Origin: Macrostomum lignano
Lineage: Eukaryota
Assembly (NCBI GenBank): GCA_002269645.1
Contig: NIVC01000112.1
Coordinates: 82,520 to 146,519, forward strand
Direction: 5' to 3'
DNA length: 64,000 nucleotides
In this document: positions 14,443 through 24,729 of the stretch, piece by piece
How the letters are laid out: each line of letters starts with the position of its first letter
Numbering within the stretch: the first letter of the stretch is position 1
Translations under genes and position numbers: made by a program
Notes under the pieces: model-generated
What the model saw: the letters and a program-made list of their open reading frames with translations, nothing else
Database searches by the model: none
Told to the model about the DNA's origin: nothing

Positions 14443-16559
14443 GGCGCAGGCCGGTAACGCAATTTAATTTTCTGCAGCCCAGCATTCTTAACCAGCTATT
14501 TCTGTCAAGAAAAAATATGAAGTGTAGCATTGAAGCCGAGCAGCGCAGCGTGGGGTAGGTTTTAGTCGGCCCCCACGGTGATCAAATTTTTAAGCAACTA
14601 GGTGAAAGATTTGAAGCAGCAAGCAAGCAGGCAATGCTCCAATGCTCCACTTAATCTCAAGCTGAGCTCGAAATGGTTTTATTTTATTCTTGCGGCATTC
14701 TTGCCCTGTGGTCTGTGGTGGAGTTCTTGTAGCCATCCATTCGATTCGGTTTAGTTGCAAGTTTTAAGTTAGCTTATAAAGCGAATCGAATGTTTGTGCG
14801 AACTTGCGAAGTTCTGAGATGTGTGTAAAATGGAAAGCTTATAATTATTTTGTTATACTTTGGGCAGAGTCTGCTGGAAGCTCGAAGCGAGCTTTAAGAT
14901 TTTCTACGTATTCCGTGTGGCCTGGCCTTTGAATTTAGAGAGTAAAATTGTTTTTTTCTTACTGTTATGATGAACTCCAAGTTTTACACAGAACTAACAA
15001 TGCGTGAGTCTGGTAAGCCTGAACTCTACAGGTTCTTAAAAGTGAACTGCTAAGCTAAAGTAGGACGACTCAAGCGTAACATTAAATATCTTGCTCCAAA
15101 AGTTAAGTTCGCGAATAGCGAATTGAAATAGATTTTGGTAAACAACTAGTAGCAGGTAAAACAATACATGACAAAATTTCATCACGAGTAACATGAGATT
15201 ATGAATAACAGAAAAGACAGCACAAAACGAACTCAGAATCGAAGTTTACCATGCTTACAGATAACATGTGAGTGTAAGTGTTCAAAGTGGCCAAAATCAC
15301 GTTGCAGGTGCCGGTTGCAAAAAATCGCGCCTTTCGAAATTGGCGCACGGTCCGTCAACACAGCCTTTGGGATCTAAAAGCGGGCAAAAGACCATGGCAG
15401 GTGCGAAATTGATGCATAGGGGATTTTTCACAGAAAAATGCATCAATTAATGCAATTTTTCCAATCGGAAGCACCATGCAGACTTATTTCTTCACACAGT
15501 TTTTTTTGTCGCAGATCGTCGCAGCCAATTTTGTTTAAAAAAGCATCCTTTGACTTTCCCTCGCCATCTGGGTTCAAAGCGGAGATGGAGCAATTATCCA
15601 TCTCCAGTTAAAAAGATTCTGTCTGTTATAAACATCACCGAAAGAAAAACAAGGCACATCAAAGGCGCCGTGCTTAACACCTGCAGCATTCCAATTCAGG
15701 TGTGCAATGAATGCAGAGCAGTTTTTTTTAATCGAAGCCAGATTTTCTACGGATGCGGCGCGGCATCAAAAAAGATTTCTTTCCAATTCTTCGTAGAAAA
15801 ATCTTGGAAAATAGTAAAAACATTTTCCCCCCCGGCCCCTATATAGCGCGCTTTTGCTGGGGGTGGGGAGACATGTCCATCTGCCCCCCCCCCGCGGTTG
15901 CACAAGCCACTGGTGATCAGATACAGTGAATTAATTCAAAGGCTGCTGGGTGCATTTAATACTGTTGTACAGACAAAAAATTTTCATACTATTTCTTTAA
16001 ACTTCAATTCTGCTTATACATTTTTGTATCAAATTAAAAACTCGGAGGCAAAAATTTCTCCATTTTTTGTTGTCACACGCGGCACGCCTTGTTTTAAGAG
16101 ACGCAGCTGATATCGAGTTCGAAAGTCGTCCGGGGAAGCGTGCAGCGTCATATTCAGGAACCCGATTCCATTGCATCAAGCTAGACTGCAGGAAAATCAC
16201 GCGATTTGCCAAAAAGTGTGAGGCATTTCTGTCAGCTTTAAGCCATCCTCCGGCATCCGACAGTCTAATACTAATCCTAATCTTAAGCCTAGCTCTCATC
16301 GAATGCGTAAATTTTTGTTGCGAAAAGCAGAAAGTAATGGATGTGACTGAAAATTAAAGCTCTTGCATCGGCAAGACGAGTCTTCACTACTCCACAGCCA
16401 ATTTTTGATCAAATACGTGTGTGCGCACGATATATTATTTATTATTTCTAATCGATTTTAGCTGAGAATTTTTCCAGATACATTATAGTGTTGGCGGTAT
16501 ATGGGTCGATGGAAAGAGCGGATGAAGGGCGGAAAGGCTGATATAATTGGCGGTGGTTT

Positions 16560-17430
16560 TAGTGGGGTGAAAGTTACGGATAAGTGAAAGGGCGGATAGG
16601 TGAAAGGGTTGGAAAAGATTAAAGGGGCCGATAGGTAAAAGAGGTTGATAGGTTAAAGGGGCGGATAGGTGAGAGGGGCGGATAGGTGAAAGGGGCGGAT
16701 AGTGGAAAGGGCGGATAGGTGAAAGGGGCGGATAGTGGAAAGGGCGGATAGGTGAAAGGGGCGGATAGTGGAAAGGGCGGATAGGTGAAAGGGGTGGATA
16801 GGTGCAGTGAAAGGGGTGGATAAGGTGAAAGAGGTGGATAGGTGAAAGGGGTGGATAGGTGAAAGGGGTGGATAAGGTGAAAGGGGCCGTAGGTGGAAGA
16901 AGTGGATAGGTTAAAGGGGCGGATAGGTGAAAGGGGCGGATAGGTGAAAGGGGCGGATAGGTGAAAGGGGCGGATAGGTGAAAGGGGCGGATAGGTGAAA
17001 GGGGCGGATAGGTGAAAGGGGTGGATAGTGTGGAAAGGGCGGATAGGTGAAAGGGGTGGATAGGTGAAAGGGGTGGATAAGGTGAAAGGGGCGGATAGTG
17101 GAAAGGGGCGGATAGGTGAAAGGGGCGGATAGTGGAAAGGGCGGATAGGTGAAAGGGGCGGATAGTGGAAAGGGCGGATAGGTGAAAGGGGCGGATAGTG
17201 GAAAGGGCGGATAGGTGAAAGGGGTGGATAGGTGAAAGGGGTGGATAAGGTGAAAGAGGTGGATAGGTGAAAGGGGTGGATAGGTGAAAGGGGTGGATAA
17301 GGTGAAAGGGGCCGTAGGTGGAAGACGTGGATAGGTTAAAGGGGCGGATAGGTGAAAGGGGCGGATAGGTGAAAGGGGCGGATAGGTGAAAGGGGTGGAT
17401 AAGGTGAAAGGGGCCGTAGGTGGAAGAAGT
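16560..17430. repeat. G-rich ~17-bp minisatellite
   Basis: GAAAGGGG(C/T)GGATAGGT units. Confidence 0.9.
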
Positions 17431-17555
17431 GAATAGGTAGAAACGGTAACAAATTTATGCAGCAAACTTGACAACATGACTTCTTGGAGCCCATCGGGGA
17501 CATGGCACGCACAGCACAAGCAGGTTTATTTAAAGACTATTAGTCGTAGAGAGGA

Positions 17556-18183
17556 GGGGGTTTCACAAACTCGAAATTTCACAACGTCGAAAGCACCTTC
17601 TTTCACAAAATCGAAATTTCACAAGGTCGAAATTTCAGAACATCGAAAACTCAAATAGCAACCACTTTCACAAGGTCGAAACTTCACAAGGTCGAAATTT
17701 CACAACATCGAAAACTTAAGCAAGAGACTTCATAAGGTCGAAATTTCACAAGGTCGAAATTTCACAACATCGAAAACTTAAGCAAGAGACTTCATAAGGT
17801 CGAAATTTCACAAGGTCGAAATTTCACAAGGTCGAAATTTCAGAACATCGAAAACTTTAGTAAGGGCGGACTTCATAAAGTCGAAATTTCACAAGGTCAA
17901 AATTTCACAACGTAGAAAACTACTGTATAGTTCTTGTTATATTAAAATTTCGACGTGAAATTTCGAGCTTATGAAGTTTCGACCTTGTGAAAGTGGTTGC
18001 TATTTGAGTTTTCTACGTTTTGAAATTTCGACCTTGTGAAATTTCGACCTTATGAAGTCCTTTGCTAAAGTTTTCGATGTTTTGAAATTTCGACCTTGTG
18101 AAGTTTCGACCTTGTGAAGTTTCGACCTTGTGAAATAATTTACTTTTCGACGTTGTGAAATTTCGACCTTGTGAAAGCACCCC
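17556..18183. mobile_element. Foldback / MULE-like non-autonomous element
   Basis: Left arm of CACAAGGTCGAAATTT repeats, right arm of the reverse-complement repeats, GGGG...CCCC termini, flanking direct repeat GTAGAGAGGA at 17546-17555 and 18184-18193. Confidence 0.75.
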
Positions 18184-19151
18184 GTAGAGAGGAGAGGCGA
18201 TCAAATCAAGCCTTACAGGAGGTCCCTGGAGGTCCTCCTTGTGCGTCATTAGCCTGGGAAAAAATTGGCTGAGCCGAGGAGAAACCAGCTGCAACCAGCT
18301 CCAAGCTGCAGCGACTAATCGGGCCGTCCTTATGGATTTGGCGTAGATTTTTATTTATAGGATTAGCCATTTCTGCCTCCCCCCCGTCTTTCTATCCCCG
18401 CATAGCGGAATAGTGCTGATGCTGGCAGCTTCATCGCTTTACGTATAACGCACATGTGTGGACGCTTTTAACGTCATTTGTTTGCTTAAACTGCTGCGTG
18501 AACGGAACAGAGGCCAAACACTGCCAGTTCTGAGCTGCGTGGGCCGTGAGCACAGGAACCCATCCCCCTCTAACACCCGATAATACTGCAACGCGATTTG
18601 CCTTATCCCAGTTTTTTTGTCCCTTTTCTGGGCGCCTACCCATAGGGGATATTTTTCATTCCGCGTCAACTTGATTCGCCGCACTACATCAAGTCAGGAA
18701 ACGGGGCAGTGCTATTTTTATCTCATTGGCGGCGGGCGGGCACACGCACCCGCTTCCCAACTCGCTTCTCTCAATACGCGCCAGCGCCATCCTTGTTTTT
18801 TCAGTTTCCCGGCCTTCCGCTCTTTCCATCCTCTTTTTCCGTCCGCTATCCCCTCTGCGGAGTTCCGCATTCACGAGATGCTTTGCCAAAGTGGGATTTG
18901 GCCGTGCGTGTTGCGCACGCACATGCACTTTCGTCCGCGCAGAGCTGCCGGCTGCTCTCACTCTCTACCGACTGCTCTCTGGCCTTCAGCCTCTCCCATT
19001 TGCCATCTCCTCTTCCCTTTTTCCCCATCCGTCCACCTTCAAACGCAGCCGTCTCTTTCACTGCCCTTCCCCGCTGAACTCAACCTCTGCCCGATATGGG
19101 TTTGATATTCCGTCCGTTCGTGCACTGCGCATGGTTAAACCAGTCTCAGGA

Positions 19152-19165
19152 GTTGCCATGGAAAC
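19152..19165. promoter_or_regulatory. RFX X-box-like motif upstream of PC2
   Basis: GTTGCCATGGAAAC, ~300 bp upstream of the PC2 ATG. Confidence 0.5.
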
Positions 19166-19466
19166 GCAGAGAACACATGGATGGACTGCCGGGATGCGGG
19201 AGAGAAGGGGATAGAAAAACTGGTACTCAGCTTCGATTTTTCCCTATCCCCCTTCCAGCTTCCTGTTCTCCTTCGCTCCGCTCCCTCCCTCGGCTCCGAT
19301 TGCCATAAATGTCCTTGGAAGACGAAGGCTGAGAGCTGCTGATTTCCCTCGCCAGTCCTAAGCGGCTGCCCCCACTAATTCTCCATTCGAAGCTTCAGAT
19401 CTGAAGCAGTCTAGGACTGTGCGACAGCAAGAAATCTTTGAATCAACGCGGAAAAACTAAGAGGTA

Positions 19467-21371
19467 ATGTTCAACAGGGCAGCCATCTTACTGGGATGGT
19501 GCCTACTAGTGATCGCGGCTGTTACTTCTAGTAAGGAGAGCCTCTTCACCAACCACTTTCACGTCACTCTCAAGTCTGGAAATGAAGAAGTTGCCAAGAG
19601 GGTCGCCAGGGACACCGGGCTGAGGCTGGTCCGCCGCCACCTGGGCAAGGACACTGAGTTCCACTACGTTCACGACCAGGTACCTGAAGCCGATTCTGTT
19701 CTTAGCCGACACTTGCGATCCATCGCCGACCATGAGGACGTCGCCAGAGTTGTCCAGCTGGAGGGATTCAAACGCGTGAAGCGAGGATTCAAGCCGGCCA
19801 AGGCCACCCAGTCCAGGCAAAAGCGTTCAGCTTCGTCTGATGAGCCCACGGACCCCATGTTCAAGAAGGAGTGGTACATCAAGAACACCGGTCAGGCTGG
19901 CGGCTACCCCGGCTTGGACTTGAATGTCCTGCCGGCCTGGAAGGAGGGCGTCACCGGCAACGGAGTCACCACGGCGATCATGGACGACGGCATCGACTAC
20001 ATGCACCCGGACCTGGCGCACAACTACAACATGGAGGCCAGCTACGACTTCAGCAGCAACGATCCGTACCCCTACCCGCGCTACACCGACGACTGGTTCA
20101 ACAGCCACGGCACCCGCTGCGCCGGCGAAATCTCGTCCAAGCGTGATAACGGAATCTGCGGTGTCGGTGTTGCCTACGGCAGCAAAATTGCCGGCCTTAG
20201 GATGCTCGACCAGCCTTACATGACCGACTTGATCGAGGCCGCCGCCATGTCCTACAAGCGGGACATCATTGACATCTACTCCGCCAGCTGGGGCCCAACT
20301 GACGATGGCAAAACTGTCGACGGTCCGCGCAACGAGACGATGCGCGCCATCGTTGAGGGCGTCAACAAGGGCAGGAACGGCAAGGGCAGCATCTTCGTGT
20401 GGGCCAGCGGAGACGGTGGTCCGGACGACGACTGCAACTGCGATGGTTACGCCGCCAGCATGTGGACCATCAGCATCAACTCTGCCACCAACGATGGCGA
20501 GACCGCTTTGTACGATGAGTCCTGCTCCTCCACCTTGGCCTCTACATTCTCCAATGGCAAGGCTTCGACTCTGGACGCTGGAGTTGCCACGGTTGACCTG
20601 TACGGAAAGTGCACCCTGCATCACAGCGGCACCAGCGCCGCCGCTCCCGAGGCCGCTGGTGTGTTTGCTCTGGCCCTGGAGGCCAATTCGAACCTGACCT
20701 GGCGCGACATGCAGCACCTGGTGGTCCTGACCTCCAAGAGAAACCACCTGTACGATCCGAACGGCAAGCACGACTGGACTGTCAACTCGGCCGGCCTGGA
20801 GTTCAACCACCTGTTCGGCTACGGAGTTCTTGACGCTGGCGACATCGTGAAGACGGCCAGGGACTGGAAGACTGTGCCGGAGCGATTCCACTGCATCGCT
20901 GGCGAAGTGAAGAGGCTCTACCACTTCAACGTGCAGAATGCCATCGAGATGGAAATCGATACTGACGCCTGCAAGGACGATCCGAAGCACCGCATCAACT
21001 ACATCGAGCACGTGCAGGCCTTCATCACGCTGAAGTCCACCAGGCGCGGTGACGTCACCGTGTTCTTGACTGCCCCGACCGGTACGACCTCGCTCATCCT
21101 GAGCAAGCGCCAGAAGGACGCGGACAGCAAGGTTGGATTTACCTCCTGGCCCTTCATGACGACGCACATGTGGGGCGAGTCACCTCGCGGCAAATGGAAG
21201 CTGAAGGTCGCCCTTGATGCCACCGATGCCAGCGTCCACGGAGTGATCAGCGAATGGGTTCTGGTGATCCACGGAACCCAGGAGCAGCCCTACAAGAAGC
21301 TGAGGAGCGGTCTCAGCAGCAAGATTGACGTCATCAAGAAGATCCACGAGAAGAAGAGTTACACTGAGTGA
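19467..21371 (+). CDS. PCSK2: Neuroendocrine prohormone convertase 2 (subtilisin-like S8 protease, 634 aa), intronless CDS
   Basis: Signal peptide; prodomain with RVKR and RQKR; catalytic motifs DDGID, NSHGTRCAGE, GTSAAAP; PC2-diagnostic Asp oxyanion hole WASGDGG; P domain with RRGD. Confidence 0.97.
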   Translation: MFNRAAILLGWCLLVIAAVTSSKESLFTNHFHVTLKSGNEEVAKRVARDTGLRLVRRHLGKDTEFHYVHDQVPEADSVLSRHLRSIADHEDVARVVQLEGFKRVKRGFKPAKATQSRQKRSASSDEPTDPMFKKEWYIKNTGQAGGYPGLDLNVLPAWKEGVTGNGVTTAIMDDGIDYMHPDLAHNYNMEASYDFSSNDPYPYPRYTDDWFNSHGTRCAGEISSKRDNGICGVGVAYGSKIAGLRMLDQPYMTDLIEAAAMSYKRDIIDIYSASWGPTDDGKTVDGPRNETMRAIVEGVNKGRNGKGSIFVWASGDGGPDDDCNCDGYAASMWTISINSATNDGETALYDESCSSTLASTFSNGKASTLDAGVATVDLYGKCTLHHSGTSAAAPEAAGVFALALEANSNLTWRDMQHLVVLTSKRNHLYDPNGKHDWTVNSAGLEFNHLFGYGVLDAGDIVKTARDWKTVPERFHCIAGEVKRLYHFNVQNAIEMEIDTDACKDDPKHRINYIEHVQAFITLKSTRRGDVTVFLTAPTGTTSLILSKRQKDADSKVGFTSWPFMTTHMWGESPRGKWKLKVALDATDASVHGVISEWVLVIHGTQEQPYKKLRSGLSSKIDVIKKIHEKKSYTE

Positions 21372-24300
21372 AACGAACTACCCAGGCCCGAGAGTTGGAA
21401 ATCATTGAAATAAGTCTCGACAATGAAACAGACCGAACCCGTGAATGTTGTCCCAATCAGTGTTTTATTAACTGTTCCCAGCGCGAATAGAGATGTGAAG
21501 TTCAATCAAGTAGGAGATAAGCCGACGTCAACGGTTGCATGAAGCATCACTAACTGAATCATTAGCTCCAGAAAGCAAGCTGTCAAATCTGCCATAAAGA
21601 TTATTTATCAAAGCTTTATCAAGAGAATCTGCCAGAACTGTTTTTATTCTGACATTTCTGATAGGCAATCTTATAGTTGAGTAACCACAAAAGCAAACAG
21701 TCGGATTGCTATATCGCGCCACAAAAAACTCGTGTCCTTGTGTAAATGTCCACCAGCTCCTTTGCTGGTCCGTCAGCCTCCTGAAAGCAAAATATCCGAT
21801 CAATTTTAATCGTCGTCTGTGACCTGCGAGATTAAACAAACAAATAATTTTCGAAGTCTTTAAATTTAAAATCTCTTTATTGCACCAGACGAACTGAAAC
21901 TACCCCCGATATTAAATAAATCTGCGCGATTCGATATTTGCTGAAACACGCAAATTGGATTATTTTTCTCGCAAAACCGGCAAATGATGTGCTGTTTTCC
22001 AGACTCGATGATTTTTTTATCCACCTTAAGATTTACCGAGAGCGACGACTTCTCAGTGACTGGCGATGAAACATAAATACATACATATACATACATACAT
22101 GCATGTACGAGCGGTATCTGCTAAAGAAAATTTGCATCACGACGCTTTCGTGATAAGTCATTTCTGCATTGTGCCTTACAAAGCCATGGAGCGGCGCATT
22201 TACGTCTGGGAGTGCACATAAACCTTACAGTGTCGCTTTCCCATGTGAAATGCGTGAAAGAGGATTATAGCTTGGTTCAGGCTTATTTCTGCTAGGGCTT
22301 TAACGTAGGTAAAATGGATAAAGAGACTTCGGTCGAAATCTCATAAGAGCGCATTGAATTAACTATTAGGACCTGACCTGCTGACTGACTGACTGACTGG
22401 ACTGGCTGATAGTAAAATAATACTCTATAAGCTTTTATCTAAGTTCCTAATGCATTGCCTGACATGTTTGTTTAAGCTTCATTTCGTGTGTTTTCTCACT
22501 TCTCTCTTTTTTTACCTGAGCAAGACCGGCCATGCACCCACCCGCTGAGCACATAGAAAGCGCTGAGTAGCTATGGGTGGCTCAGACAGCGTGGACCAGG
22601 GGGGGGGGCGAGATGCGGCGTGTTTTCGCAAAGCCCAGGCCGTCCTCGTCACGAATGCCAGACTCGAGTGGTCCCGCGCCTGTGGGGGGGGGGGCGTGTG
22701 AGTAGCATAAGAATAGCACTGCAGCCTGCTGAGAAGGGTTCAGAGCATGGATGCAGGTGACAGCGCAGGCCGAAAACAGGGAGAGGCCTGAGTATATTTA
22801 GGACTCGACTCAAATTGCCAATATCGCCTGGGCAGAGAGATAGCTATAGCGAGCATGCAATATCTATTTAGGCAGATAGAAGATTGAAAAGGAGAGAACT
22901 CACACGGAGCTCTGCTGGCTCACCGAGCTCACGCGGAGAGGGGGTGGACAGCGGAGAGAAAATCGAGCTGGATGGGGCATGAGGAGAGAGTGGAGAGGAA
23001 GGAGAGGCCGCGCGGGTCGGTTGAGTACACACACAAACACACAGAAAGCAGGAGAGCGCCTTGCTCAACTGAGCACAAGTCGGGGAGGGGGGGTTGCAGG
23101 GAGAGAGTATAGAATTGCCGGGACAGACTGGCTTTGCATTGCAGCGATCGGTCTCCACGCAGCGAGTTTGTGGATGGACCCGAATATGCTGGCTGGGTTG
23201 TAGTCATGGCAACTAGGAGTGCTGGTGAGAGCTGGGGGCACAGAGGCAGAGAGTTGAAGAAGAGAGGAGGCCTCACAGACAGGGACAGAGGGTTCAAACG
23301 GGGGATGGAGGTGGATGAAAATTTTGCCAAGCAGAAAGCGCGACTGAGCCCGCTGAAGACTACAAAAAAGAAGAAGACAGATTTTCGGTGGCTGGCAGGG
23401 CGGGGGTGGCTGACAACCCAGCGGGGGTGCAAAAGAGGACACGCAGAGTGGGCGGAGAAATTGAGCTCTTTTCTCCGACAGACTCAACGCAGCTCATGGC
23501 AGCTGATGGAGAGAGAGAGAGCTGCTGTGTGCGTGAGAGCGCAGACGTCACTCAATGGATTCCAAATAGAGAAACTGGAGGGTGTTGAATTACCCAACTC
23601 TTCGCTGCCGTCCTGTAGTTCACACGGAGTGCTCAGACAGAACTGCGGATAAAACCAATTTATTTATGCATTGTGCATGAGAACCCTGCATTTTCTGTAT
23701 GGTAAAGCAGCCCCCTAAATGCTATTATGCATGCTGCTACTAAAAAACCCTAACAATGAACCCTGACCCCAGCCAGCACCCCATGCAGACAGACTTAAGA
23801 TGCTTTTACTGTCTGCATGGCTCCTTGCTGCCAATCTAAATTTGCTTTTCGCTTAATTGGTTTTCAGTTTTCTTTGACAACTTGACAACCGATACCGATG
23901 TATGTATAACGTATGTGACTTTTCTCTATAACCAAGTCTCTTTTAACAGTATTTTATTGCAGCTGTCCATCAGGTGAGCGTATCCCTTCTATAACATAGG
24001 AAAGTTTATTCCCAACAGGTGAGCACTTCGACCCAAATTCAGCCGAGTGACTATCTTTGTGACCCAGTGACTTCTCAGAAATGATCGCACATTTAAGCAC
24101 TTATAGACTCGCATTTCTCAGGAACATGCAACAAACAGTATTCACGCACTTTTTACATGTATGATAAAGACAAAAAAACCTATCGAATATCGAAGATACT
24201 CATCATAATTGTTAATGTGCTATATAATGCATTCATTTGTTATGAATTCATTCGATCAGTGAATGCACTTTTGCAAGTAAGTAGTACACTGAGAGAATGC

Positions 24301-24729
24301 ACAATTTATCTTGCATACATGGCCTCCTATTTGTAAGTCAAAATAAAGACTTCCAAAATGCAAAAATACTTTAAGCACAACTGTTAAATTTGCAAAAAAA
24401 TTAAACACGAATGCAAAAACTGTCCGCGATTGCGTACTTCAAGTAGAATATTTGGCGAAATGCACAAGTTTCTGTCCAACTCGAATACAAATTGCACTGT
24501 ATCAAGCTGACAGCGATCGACATGGCCAACCCATGCAATTATCTGCGCAAAAGTACACACAGGGAAACTCCTAGCTCGATCGTAGATACGAGCGTATTGC
24601 TGCAACAGTTTTAAGGGCACGCAGTTCTACGCTCGTAGTCTAGCACGTCCTTTGCATAGGCGGCCCCATACATTTATGCACATTCACGCAACAATAAGAA
24701 GCCCATTTGAATAGGAAACTTAGTACACG

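Noticed and set aside
19827-21167. 446-aa antisense ORF over PC2, and other antisense/alternate-frame ORFs over Gypsy pol, DHHC and ACSL
   Set aside because: Shadow ORFs expected from GC-rich codon usage on the opposite strand.
22860-23660. GA-rich region with 140-170-aa ORFs on both strands
   Set aside because: Low-complexity translations with no recognisable motifs or consistent splice sites.
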